NCBI RefSeq assembly: GCF_009914755.1
Contig: NC_060939.1
Source of the DNA: the human T2T-CHM13v2.0 reference genome, Homo sapiens
Length of the DNA stretch: 64,000 bases
Reading direction: 5' to 3' (one strand)
A program made the position numbers and the translations under genes. This document shows, one piece after another, positions 39,189-51,458 of the stretch. Every line of letters starts with the position of its first letter. Position 1 is the first letter of the stretch. The notes beneath the pieces were generated by a model. It had not been told where the DNA came from. It made no database searches and saw only the letters and a list, made by a program, of their open reading frames with translations.

Positions 39189-41485
39189 TGTTATGGGTTG
39201 AATTGTGTTCTCCAAAAATTCATATGTTGAAATCTTAACCCCCAGTACATCAGAATGTTACCCTATTTGGAAATAGGGTCATTGCAGTTGTAATCAAGAA
39301 GGGCAATTTTAGTTTTAAGGTGGCAGAGAACATGGCTGAATTGTGTTCTACTGTTTGTGGAAGGTAGAATTTGTAAGTCATAAACTTGGCTATTTAGCTG
39401 AGGAGATTTATAAGCAAAATATTGAAGGTGTGGCCTGGTTTCTCCTTGCTACTTATAGTAAAATGTGAGAGGAGAAAGATAAATTGAAATAGGAGCTGCT
39501 AAGCAAAAAGAAACCAGAATTTGAAGATCAGGAAAATTATCAACTTATATATATTACAAAAAATTTAAAAAGTATGTTCTGGAGAAAGCACCACGGGTGT
39601 GGCTGAACAGGTGTTTGCTATAGAAACTAGGTGGAGCCAATCAACCATCTCAACAAAAATGTTGCCAACTTGGATGGAAGGGGACAGAGACAGGAAAAAA
39701 TGAAGGAAAGATGCCAGACTTCTGGGCTTCTAAAGGCAGCAAATGGGTTTATAGAGATGTCTGGTTACAGATATGTGTTATCTTTCAAGAAGAAGGAAGA
39801 ATGACCCCAAGGATGGGGCCACCTCCTTGGTTCCAGAAGGAGAAGCCACCTCCTCCATTCTAAATGGCAGAACTGTTACCTAGGGTGGAGGGGGTGAGGT
39901 CGCCGCCCTGGCAGGCCTAGAGGATGGAACATTCAACCAAAGAGGATAATCCTCAAGCCTTAAAATCAAATGGAATTTACCCTGCTAGGTTTCAGGCTCA
40001 CTTAGAACCATAACCCTTATTTTTTCTTCTGATTTCTCCCTTTTGGAATGGAATATCTATCCTATACTTGTCCCACCATTGTATTTTGGAAGCAAATAAC
40101 TTGTATCACAGGTTCAAAGATACGGAGGAATTTTGCCCCAGGGATGAATCATGTGGTGAGTACCACCCAGACCTAATTTAGATAGTATGTGAATGAGATT
40201 TTGGACTTAGACTTGATGCTGGAATGAGATTACTGTATTTTGCATGTGAGAAGGAAATGAATTTAGGGGTGTCAGAAGGCATACCATTATGGGTTAAATT
40301 GTCCTCCCCATCCCCCTCAAAATCTACATGTTGAAGTATTAACTCTCAAAACCTCAGAATGTGACCTTATTTGGAAATTGAGTCATTACAGATATGGTTA
40401 GTTAAGAAGAGGCCATACTGGAGCAGGGTGGACCCTGCCCAAGACCATGGGAACCCACCTCTTGCATCAGCGTGACCTGGATGTGAGACCTGGAGTCAAA
40501 GATCATTTTGAAGCTTTAAAATTTGACTGCCCCGCTGGATTTCAGACATGCATGGGGCCTGTCACCCCTTTGTTTTGGCCAATTTCTCCCATTTGGATTG
40601 GCTGTATTTACCCAATACCCCCATTGTAACTAGGAAGTAACTAGCCTGCTTTTGATTTTACAGGCTCATAGGCAGAAGAAACTTGCCTTGTCTCAGATCA
40701 GACTTTGGACTGTGGACTTTTGCGTTAATGCTGAAAAGAGTTAAGACTTTGGGAGACTGACTGTTGGGATGGCATGATTGGTTTTGAAATGTGAGGACAT
40801 GAGATTTGGAGGGGCCAGGGGCAGAATAATATGATTTGGCTGTGTACCCATCTAAATCTCAGCTTGAATTGTATGTCCCAGAATTCCCACGTGTTGTGGG
40901 AGACACCCAAGGTGAGGTAATTGAATCTTGGGGGCCAGTCTTTCCCATGCTATTCTTATGATAGTGAATAAGTCTCATAAGATCTGATGGGTTTATCAGG
41001 GGTTTCCACTTTTGCTTCTTCCTCATTTTCTCCTGCCACTGCCATGTAAGAAGTGCCTTTTGCCTCCTGCCATGATTCTGAGGCCTCCCCAGCCATGAGG
41101 AATTGTAAGTCCAATTAAACCTCTTTTGCTTCCCCGTTTCAGGTGTGCCTTTATCAGCTGCGTGAAAACAGACTCATACAGACCCCTAATCCAATTTTAC
41201 TGGCGTCCTTATAAAAAGAGAAAATTTGGATGTAGACATGCACACAGAGAGATTACCAGGTAAAAACTGGAGTTATGCTGCTACAAGCCATGGAACTACT
41301 AGAAGGTGGGAGAAAAGACTGGAATGGATCTGTCCCTAGAAACTTCAGAGGGAAGATGGCCCTTCCAACACCTTGATCTCGAACTTCTAGCCTCTAAAAC
41401 TGTGAGACAATACATTTCTAATGTTTAAGCCAGTCAATTCTCAGTTTTCAGTACTTTGTTAAAGCAGCCCTAGCAAATGAATACA
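39189..41485 (+). mobile_element. Two-LTR MLT1B MaLR element: truncated 5' LTR 39189-39298, internal ~39299-40284, 3' LTR ~40285-40435 + 41181-41485; TSD caggt
   Basis: Two homologous LTR starts (ttatgggttgaattgt / ttatgggttaaattgt); caggt at 39184-39188 and 41486-41490. Confidence 0.88.
40436..41180 (+). mobile_element. THE1A: 3' internal segment 40436-40826 plus LTR ~40827-41180; TSD gaccc
   Basis: THE1-int (gacctggatgtgagac..., PPT ggaggggccaggggcagaa); THE1A-type tatcaggggtttccacttttgcttcttcctcatt; gaccc at 40431-40435 and 41181-41185. Confidence 0.92.
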
Positions 41486-41846
41486 CAGGTTCATATGAAA
41501 CATCTAAACACAAATAATTTAAAATATACTTGAAAGAAAGAAAATTAAACTCCTCACTTAAGAGCAATTGAATGCTGTCTACATGGAATGGCTCAGTCTT
41601 TCTGAAATTATTACTGACTTGTTAAGACTGAATGATTACATTACATAGCAGATTAAGACGAGAAATAACCCATTTTGAAAAACTCCGAACTAGAATACAA
41701 ACTTGTCTACACATTCATACCAAATTCTGTGAACCAATGAGCGAGGGAACTATGGAAAATCTGAGAGCTTTTGTATAAAGCAATGATATAGAGGATGTAG
41801 ACATAGACACACATATATACTACATGCATGAACACACACACACACA

Positions 41847-42172
41847 CGGTTGTCCATTGGTATCCTCAGAGGACTGGTTCTAAGACCCTTCACAGATACC
41901 AAAACCCATGAATTCCCAAGTCCCTCATATAAAATAGAATAGTATTTGCATATAACCTATACTTATCCTCCCATATACTCTAAATCATCTCTAGATTACT
42001 TCTAGCACCTAATACAATGTAAATGGCAGGTAAATAGTTGTTATACTGTATTATTTCTATTTGTATTATGTTTTATTATTATATTGTTATTTTTATCATT
42101 TTTCTCAAAAATTTTACATTTCTTTTTATTTGGTTGAATCTGCAGATGTGGAACCCACAGATATGGACATGT
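41847..42172. mobile_element. MER2 (TcMar-Tigger MITE)
   Basis: caagtccctcatataaaat...atttgcatataacctat...tggttgaatctgcagatgtggaacccacagatatgga. Confidence 0.9.
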
Positions 42173-42879
42173 ACATCTATGTATACATACATATATACTC
42201 ATACATTATCTTAAAGCTATACTGTCTTCTCAATGTTAAAGAAGTTTATCACTCTACATATTGATGAGTGTTTACCTTTCTCAGCCTCCAGTCCTTGTCT
42301 CTTCTAGCATTGCTCTGTTTTGAAGCTAAGCTGGCTAGCAGGGACTGCTCCCAGAAGCACCGGTTATCAAAGGGCCCATTCCTTCCTGTTGATTCTGGAG
42401 ACCAACAGCCACTTAGAACATTCAGCCTTTACAATTCAGACGCGGAGAAACAAGTTCAGAAAATAGTTGCACTTTAGATCAAATGATTTTGAAGGGAAAA
42501 AAATGGGAGACCAAGAGCAACTAAGAGAGTTAGAGGAACTGATTCTTTCCTCACAAATGAAGTCAAGTTTATTCATTCCTGCCCTTTTTTTAAGGACAAT
42601 TAATGGGAATTTCTAAAACTCAGAATGTTGAAATCATTAGTGGCTCATCACTTGAAGCAAGAATACAGCTGTTATGATTAATGGCTGAATTTTAAATATT
42701 TCAGTGGGATCCAGGAAATCTCCACACTGCCGTGCACTCCACTGCTTGTCATATGTGCCTCCCCAGGATGCTACAGAGAATGTGATGACATCTCAACAGG
42801 TTCTTTCCTCACTAAAATATTATGTAATTCCAAAATAAAATCCTAACTAAAACTCACATTCACTCATTCATCAGCCAGC

Positions 42880-43100
42880 ATGAAGCGGGAGAGTGTAGTA
42901 GAAAGAGTATTTATGAACCTGGAAGGGAAAAAAAACATGAATCTTGATCTCTGCTTTGTCATTTTATGCAAATGTTCAAATACTCTGAGTCTTGATGGTC
43001 TCATCTGCAAAACAGAACCGGGAATGAGAAAGCCTTCCTTTCCTGATGTACAGAGAGTTTATGCAAACTATTAAGTGTTATTCAAATGTAAGGTATTAGT
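42880..43100 (+). mobile_element. MIR fragment
   Basis: ctctgagtcttgatggtctcatctgcaaaac. Confidence 0.55.
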
Positions 43101-43829
43101 ACCTGCTACTTTCAAGGACCATGGACATAGATGAAACAGAATAGGGAGTAAGGAGTGCTAAGGTTTTAAGAATATACAAGACCTGGTCCTGCCCTCAGGG
43201 AGATTTCAGGCTTGTGGACACATAAGCTCATTTTATAGATAATCATAATTTCAGGTAGAAAATGTAAATACCATAGAGGTGGGGTTGCTTCGGCCTTGGG
43301 GGCTGGTAAAGAATTAACAAAGGCTCCAGGTAAGAAGTAATATTTGTAATAAAAGCAGCTGAAACCTGGAGGTCATGCTTTCTGAATTTTGCCAAGTTTG
43401 GGGAGTCAGAAGGGAAACCAAAGCCACTGAGGCAATGTGAAACCTTCCAATTCCCTTGTTGATGCAGGAACCCAGTGTTCTTGTGAAGCCGCCTGAAAGC
43501 ATGGCAAAAATAGAACAGGTCAAGTGTGTCTCCATATCAAACCATTTCCATCTCTCCAGCATTGCTAAAAATGAAAGTCAGGGTGACATCTGGATGGGGA
43601 TGATACGCCCTTGTTCTTGTCTATCAAATGCTCTGACTCCCAAAACCAAAATGAAGAAAATGAGACTGGCATGGTGAATAAGTCTGTTGTAATTTGTCTA
43701 AAAAAAGAATGGAAAAATATAAAGAAATAGTTAACTAGATGGACACAGTGGGGGACCATGCCTGGCCTTCTCCCTTGGAGCATGAGAGTCCTGCAGGACC
43801 TCCAGCCCAGTACACCCTCACACCTTGCC

Positions 43830-44860
43830 AGGTTAATCTCCTTCAAATGCAGTTCTGATCACATCTCCAATATGCTCAAGGACTTAGGCATGGCTCCCTG
43901 GTGCCTACAAAATTAAGCTCACATTTTTAAAATTAAAATCTGCCACAACAGGGTCCTAACCAATCTTTGCAACATTATCTTCTTTATTCATCTTCATTAT
44001 CTCTTCTCTTTTTTTCCAGCCTAACTGACAACATGCCCTCCCCTGAATCTGCTCTGAATGCTCCTGCCCGCGGCTCAGGTTTTTGTTCTCTGGTTCTTAA
44101 GGCCTCTCTGTCCCACAACTACCTTCTGAAATTGTAACCATTGTACAAAGTCCAATTCAAATTTCATCCCAATCTGATTAAACAATCATTTGCTGAGCCC
44201 CTTCCATGAGCTTTTTCTATTGGGTCACTGAATGAAAAGATGAGTAATACCTCTCCTGCCTTCAAGTTGCCTCCTAAGAAGAAGGAAGATAGACACATAA
44301 ACAATTAACCATAAGACATTGTGCTGGTATGTATAGTGCACTGTGTAGGCATGGATAGACTTCGAAAAATTAATTATTATTTCTGCTAGTGAGAAGGATC
44401 ATGGTAAGGCTCAGAAGAGGTAGCACTTCAGCTGTAAGGTACAACAGTGGATTTCCAGGTAAAGACAAGAGGACGGTGTAAGCCAAGGCACAGAGGCAAG
44501 GACAAAACATAGTCAAGGACAAGGACAAGGTTCCAGATTGTTGGATCCTGGAGTATGTGGAGAAGGAATGAGACCTGACCATAGAAAGGAATTCTGGGAC
44601 AAAGAATGGTCAGTTTTCCAAGGCATGAGTTCAGACTTTAGCCCATGGATGTGAGGGTATTTTCAAGGCTGATTTTAAGAGTGTTGTCATATTATATGGT
44701 TGATGCCACCTGATAACTCTGGTAGTAGTATTGAGGGCAGACTGAGGACAAGGACAGTAGTTAGGAAGCTGTTAATAGTCCACACAAGACATAATCAGGG
44801 CTTTTAGCACAATAGAGGCAGTATAAATTAAAGAGGGGGGTGTATATAAGAAACTCTCTT
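43830..44860. mobile_element. L2 fragments in both orientations
   Basis: aaatgcagttctgatcacatctc...catggctccctggtgcctacaaaattaag; aaacaatcatttgctgagc...cctgccttcaagttgc. Confidence 0.6.
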
Positions 44861-45704
44861 CTATTAGGACTCTCCTACTCTACCCCTCCTCCTGGTGCAG
44901 ATATTATTTCTTCCTGCTATTTCATTTAAGCCACAACTCATATTTTTATGTGTATTAGCATTTTTGACTCATATCATATTGAATTTTGTTTTATCCTCAC
45001 AATTTAAAATCAAAAGTTCCTGAGTCTGATTTATAGTAGGTTCTCAAGAAATGAATGCAGAAGGGATGTGCATAAAATTGTCTCAGGATGGTTCTGTTGC
45101 CAGAAATTAAATCCCACTTAATATAACTCAAAGAAAGGGGGGTTTATTACTGAGATATAGGGAGAGCTCACAGAAACTGGGGGCAGGAAATAAAATAGAA
45201 TCAGGCCCAAAGAAGGACATGATACTTCTTGGTTCAGGGACAATTATGAACCAACTCCCAGGCTCTGAGTCTGTCAGTTCAAATTCTTAAAAGAGAAGAT
45301 CTATCTATCCCAGAAAGAGTCAACTGTGGCCAGAAAGAAATGGGGCCCCATGTTACAAACATGGCAAAAAGAGTCCACCCTTTGGCTAGGGTTGATTGTT
45401 TCTCACCTGTAGAAAACATCTTTGCTAGAGATAGTAATACTTTTCAAAATACTTCACAAATGTTGGTCTCAACTATGCACAAACCTCAAATCCTGTGAAA
45501 TAGGGATGGATTTTTTTTTTAATTTCTCTTTTACCAGCAAGTAAAGAGGCTCAGAGAAGCTAAGTGATTTGCTCAGTATCACACAGAAACTCATTGGTAG
45601 AGCAAAATACCTAAATCCAGGAATCTACCTTCCTCAAACCCAAGACTATTTTGATCACTTTCAAAACATCCCTTTCCATTCATTCACTGACCAATATTTG
45701 CTAA

Positions 45705-45832
45705 GTATATATATATGTATATATATACACATATACATGTATTGTGTATATATATATATATAAGTATATATAAGTGTATATATATATAATACATATATAT
45801 GTGTATACACACACACACACATATATATATAT
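45705..45832. repeat. Compound (TA)n/(CA)n low-complexity tract
   Basis: Direct read. Confidence 0.9.
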
Positions 45833-45949
45833 GGGCTAACTCTTGTGCTTGAGACTAGAGAGGTGAATTCTTAAAAATCATTTTACCCATGCTGATCACT
45901 GAAGAGACAAGGTGATATCTTTCAGTTTACCACTCAAGAAATGTGACAA

Positions 45950-46780
45950 ATGGAAAATGGTTTATTAAAGTACCGAAACTTCTCCTGAAAGTTTCTATAA
46001 TTAGTGCAGGTACTTAGTGATATTCTAAAGTTATTTTATTCGGCAATAACATTTAAAATTAATATATTCCTCTGGTATCTATAGTAACCGGTCTTTCGGC
46101 ATAGTATTAAGGTTGGGGATTTATTTATATTTAGGCTTCACCCAAGAGGAAGATTTTTGTATAATGTATTGCTACATTTAGAGAGCATAAAACCTTTAGG
46201 CCACAATGTGTAGTTAATATTCAGAATTAAGTCAGTTTATTATGCATCAACTGGTAGGTCAAATTCAGCTTTGTGTGCTATAATTTATAATACAGGTTTT
46301 TGCCTGGAGCAACATGGAAGCCCTGAAGCAGTGTTGTGAATTATTACAACTAAATCGGGCACCACCTGCCAAAATATACGCCATTGCTTGTATTTCTATT
46401 GCACGAAGACTATAAACATGATTTCCAAGAGCTCTGTGCTGCAAGGACATCTAAATAAAATATCAGTTTCATGACCGGTGTCAGCATTTAGAAACTTATT
46501 TCCTGTACTTGCAGCTGCTGCAGGTCTGGGTTTCTGTGGCAATTCACATCTTAGCCACTTACAAAATGGCAGTTTATAGGTTTTATGACTACACCATGTA
46601 AACATATTTCTCTCTTTTAATGGTTGCACAAACTACACTGCAGTATAAGCATTATTAAAACTATTCGGAAAGCGACCTTAAATATGGCATTTAATAAGCC
46701 AAGATATTTTAATAAAAGATTTAATGCATACTTAAACTATATTACAGATTTCTTTCCCTGAATACCATTTGTGTTTTTGA
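45950..46780. promoter_or_regulatory. Candidate conserved non-coding element/enhancer
   Basis: No recognisable repeat; AT-rich with ~10 retained CpGs; dense TTTATGA/TTTATTA/CATAAAA and RTAAACA motifs. Confidence 0.4.
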
Positions 46781-48659
46781 TAACTGTTTACCTAGTTCCT
46801 TGGCTAGGATTTTGAAACTAAAACATGAACAAGCTCTTTTTGGACTGTAGCTTTCAATTGCCTTAATTCCAGGGGATATTTTATGGTCTGCACTAAGTCT
46901 AGCAAATGCAGTCACCTCTTGATTATGTATGAGTGAGTTTCCTATTTTATGGATCTGTAAAAATTACAGAAAATCATTTAAATCTAAACATTCCAAAGTA
47001 GGAGAAGGTTAAGTAAACTCTGAGACATACAGTCTATGTATATGGCCATTTACATGATGTTTACAAAGAGCATTTAACCAATTTTTTAAAATTGTTGAAT
47101 TCTGGCCTAGCGTTTCCCGGTGAAGGTCAAAGTCCAAAATTAATGCCAGAAAAACAAGTGAAGGAAGCTTACCTACTGTAAAATTACATCACACATTCCA
47201 GGCACTGGGGAGATGAAATAGGTTTCAATAATACATGTCTATCTCTTCTCTCTAAAAGGGGTGCCCAGGAGTCCGTGCAATTGGCATTACCGGAAAAACA
47301 TCAGCCAAGAAGGAAAAGACAATGGGGAACAGATTTTGCCCTAACCTTAACCCTAATTCTAAAAAATTTAGACATTTCTAATAGTCATAACTGACCAAAA
47401 GTCTTCAAATAGAACAGTGAGGGCAAAGCCCCTCGAGTGGGAATCAGTTGGCATATACTAGGGACACGGAGAAGGTCTTTATTTGTAAGGAGAAAAGTCC
47501 TGACTCCAACTTTTCATAAACTAACAATTTCAGTCCAAGACACTAAATTTTTAGTAACTTTTAGTAGAGTACTTTTTAAGATTCTACTAAGTAAGCCTTA
47601 GTTCTATACAGAAACAGAAATGAAAAAAAGGGAAAATAAAATCTTTCTACAGACACAACATTTGTCAATAAGAACCAAAGAAAAGGAATGGAATTTAAAA
47701 TCAAATCAGGAAGTTGAACACAAATCAAGCTTTAAGAACCACTAGATAAAACCAGGATCTTTTCCTTTTCTTCTCAGTTAGCATAGCAGGGGTTGGCTGT
47801 AGCTGGGAGCCTATGTCATCAATGCTGCTCTGCTGCTCTCCCTAAGATATCTAGGGATTCCAGGGAAGACACAATCTGCGATGTCAGCATCAGCTGTCTC
47901 CTGTGACGCAGCAGACAGAAGGCAGACAGGCAGAGACAGCCATCCAAATAACACTGGTCCCCTGGGTGGCTCAACTGGATGACATTTAGGGTCTTTTCAA
48001 CACTGCAATTCTACACAACTATGCCTCCTGACTAAAAGGACAGGATGTACCACTTACTCATCAAACATGTACAAGAACATCCTCCACCATGGCACACTGC
48101 TTCCAAAATGGCAGGAAGCAACCTCAAAGCAGCGATTGTAGTTAATATGTGTTTTATGTCCTTTTGGCTTGAGTATGAAGCACACAGGTGTGGGGAGAGA
48201 TTACCCCTGCCAGCCACAGGGGCCCATCCTGGCCCCAGAGGTGCAGTTGCTGCTTGTCACCTGCAATAGGTGCTCTAAGCATGTCTTTGAAGGAGAAATT
48301 TGGCTCATGCCACGAATGTATTTGCTTGCCTGACTAAAGAAAACAGGTGTGTAACCACCTCATATAAGGGAAATTGCTGCTCCATGGGCCATGTGATGAG
48401 CAAGCTGGAGCAGGTGTGCAGCCTGGCAGGCAGACCCCATACATGCTCCCAGAAAGATACTGGGCAACAACTGCAGCATGGTAACTGGCTGTTCCTTTGT
48501 GCTTGCCTCACAAGCCATGAGGCTGAGAACATGCCAAAATCCTTGCTACTCCCACATCAGACAGAACTGCACGCAGCAGCCAGTAGGTTTGGGATCAAAG
48601 GCAGACAGATGATCTTTAGGGCAAGTAATCACCAACTTGAGGGTCTCCACGCTTCAGGA

Positions 48660-49148
48660 ACCCCCCAAAGTTCCAATTCATACAGCTTATATATAGAAAA
48701 AACTTGATAGAGCTTTTTCCAAATTTTACAACCATTCTAGAAATTTATGATATTGCCAATAACTATGTATGAAAATGAAACTAACTTTTCCAAACCACAA
48801 AAAATAAAAATTACATTTTGATCAAATATGGTATAGAAAAGACTGAACTACCTTTCTATTTTCTCTTTAGAAAATACTATAAACTTGTCATATGAAGAAG
48901 ATGTCAACTACAGAGATGTGTCAGGCAGTTAATTATTAAAGTATATTGTTATTTTTCTGGATTTTGTATAATGTTTGTGGTATTTGTCAGCTTTCTGAAT
49001 CCATAATTTGTTGTGATTTCTTTCCTTGTTCTAAATAAATATTCACTATTTTACCTAATTTTGTATGTGGTTGATTTATTACTTTTCTTAAAGAGGGGAC
49101 TTCCAAAGTGTATAGGCTTCAGATTCTTCAAAACCTTGATCTGCCCCG
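48660..49148 (+). mobile_element. Zaphod/MER115-like hAT-Tip100 3' fragment with transposase C-terminal remnant
   Basis: From 48704 reads LIELFPNFTTILEIY, then (frameshift) MILPITMYENETNFSKP, resembling the hAT dimerisation motif; ends gatctgccccg. Confidence 0.75.
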
Positions 49149-49164
49149 GTTTGAAAGTTAACAG

Positions 49165-49900
49165 CAGGAATGAAAATTACATGGTAAAAATAAGGCAGCA
49201 AGAAAAAGAAAAGATTTAAAAGAATCAAATTTCAAATCTAGAAATAAAAATATACAGTCAGTGAAAAAAATCCAATGGGTGAGTTGAACAGAAAACTAGA
49301 CAAAACCATTGAGAAATTAAGTGAATTATAAGAATAGATATAAGGAAACTGCTCAGAATGCAACACAAAGAGAAAATATGAAAAAGGGTTAAATACGTGG
49401 AAGATATAATGTCCAAATGTACATTAGGAATTCCAGAACACAGGAAAAGAAAAAATAGAAAAGAGTTAATATTCAAAGAGATAATACTTAAGAATTTTCC
49501 AGAATTTAAGAAAGAAGTCCTCATATGGCAGGAACATAAAAATTCTTAGACAAATAAATTAAAAGAAACCCACCTCTACACACATAGCAATAAAACAATA
49601 GAGTATTATAAACAAAGCCATTCAGAAACAGAGAAATTAACAAGCAGTAACATTAGGCTAAGACTTTCTGCCACAACAAAGGATTCCAGACAATAGAGTA
49701 TGTTATCTAACTAAACCAACATTCAAGAGTGAGCACAAAACAATGGTGTTTTCAGAAAAAGAGAGAGTTTACTACACAAATTCTTTTTGAAAGATCTGCT
49801 AAAAGTGTATTTCAAGAAGAAAGACAGTGAACCTCAAATGATAAAAAGGCTTCAAAAGTAACACTAGGCAAAGATATTGGCAAATATCTTTTGAATATTT
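49165..49900 (+). mobile_element. Old L1 ORF1-region fragment
   Basis: aatgggtgagttgaacagaaaactagac...taggaattccagaa...atattcaaagagataatacttaagaattttccagaattt. Confidence 0.7.
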
Positions 49901-50001
49901 CTAAAATATCCAAATGAGATTTTTCTTACTTAGATTTCTTTTGGAAACATCTAAATAAGCATTGAGTACTAATCATAATAACAACGACAAGAGTGGGAAA
50001 A

Positions 50002-50120
50002 AGCCAGGAGCAGTGGTGAGCATCTGCAATCCCAGCTACTGAGGAGGTTGAAGTGAGGATCCCTTGAGCCCAGGAATTCAAGTCCAACCTGGGCAACATA
50101 GTGAGACCCTCATCTCTTAT
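50002..50120 (+). mobile_element. Free Alu monomer (FLAM_A-like)
   Basis: Single arm: cccagctactgaggagg...cttgagcccaggaattcaagtccaacctgggcaacatagtgagaccc. Confidence 0.85.
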
Positions 50121-50644
50121 GGGAAGAAATCAAAGAGGAACTTAAACACTGGAGAAAAATAAAATGAATAGTGTCAGTGCAGAGATCAAAGCTTAAGTTC
50201 TTATATTGTTCTGGAAGAGAGTGAAGGTAATGAATGAGGGTTAGAGTTTTGCTAAATCAAAAAATGTGTGCTCATACAGAAATCAATAGCCTTCACATAC
50301 ACAATAACCAGTTATAGAAAATAATGGTTAAGAAATTTACAATAGCAAAAGATTAAATATATAGGAAAAAACCCAGCAAGAAATGGGCAAAATCTCTATA
50401 AACAAAACTTTAAACCTTTTGGAAGACACAAAAGTAAACTTAAACAAATAGAAAGAATCCATTCTTAAGTAAGATGACTCAACATCACAAAAATTATCAG
50501 TTCTCCTTGTTAATTTATAAATTTAATGTTAACTCAAGAAAATTCCAACAAGCATTTTAGTGAGTTACACCAGTTGATACTAAAATTCATATGGGGAAAA
50601 TACGTAAGAATAGCCAGGAAAGCACTTTAAAAAACATCAACAGA

Positions 50645-51008
<364 letters not shown>

Positions 51009-51386
51009 CTATAATGTAAAACCCATATAATTAAAGCAGTATGGTATTTGCTCATGCATAGACAAATAGACCAGCCAAATATAATAGAAAGCTCAGGAAT
51101 GGATCCAAGTACACATGGAATATTAGTGTATTAAAAATATGACATCTAAAGTAACTGGGTCAAAGATGGACTTTTGCTTTTTGGGTTTCTTTATTTTTTA
51201 TTTTTTGTTTTGTTTCTTCCTTTAAAGATAGACTTTTGAATACATGATGCTTAGAAAACTGGATAGCCATTTGGAATGAAACAAAACAAGATCCATGCCT
51301 CATTCAAGAAATAAAAATGTTTCATAAAATAAATAAAAAACAAGTTCCAAATAAATATAAATTTTAAAATAGAACCATACAAGTAC

Positions 51387-51458
51387 TAATATATATATAT
51401 ATATACACATATATATATATATATATGTGTATATATATATATATATATGTTTATATAT
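51387..51458. repeat. Interrupted (TA)n microsatellite
   Basis: Direct read. Confidence 0.92.

Noticed and set aside
47338-47362. ccctaaccttaaccctaattctaa telomere-like hexamers
   Set aside because: Only 3-4 degenerate units; too short to call an interstitial telomeric site.
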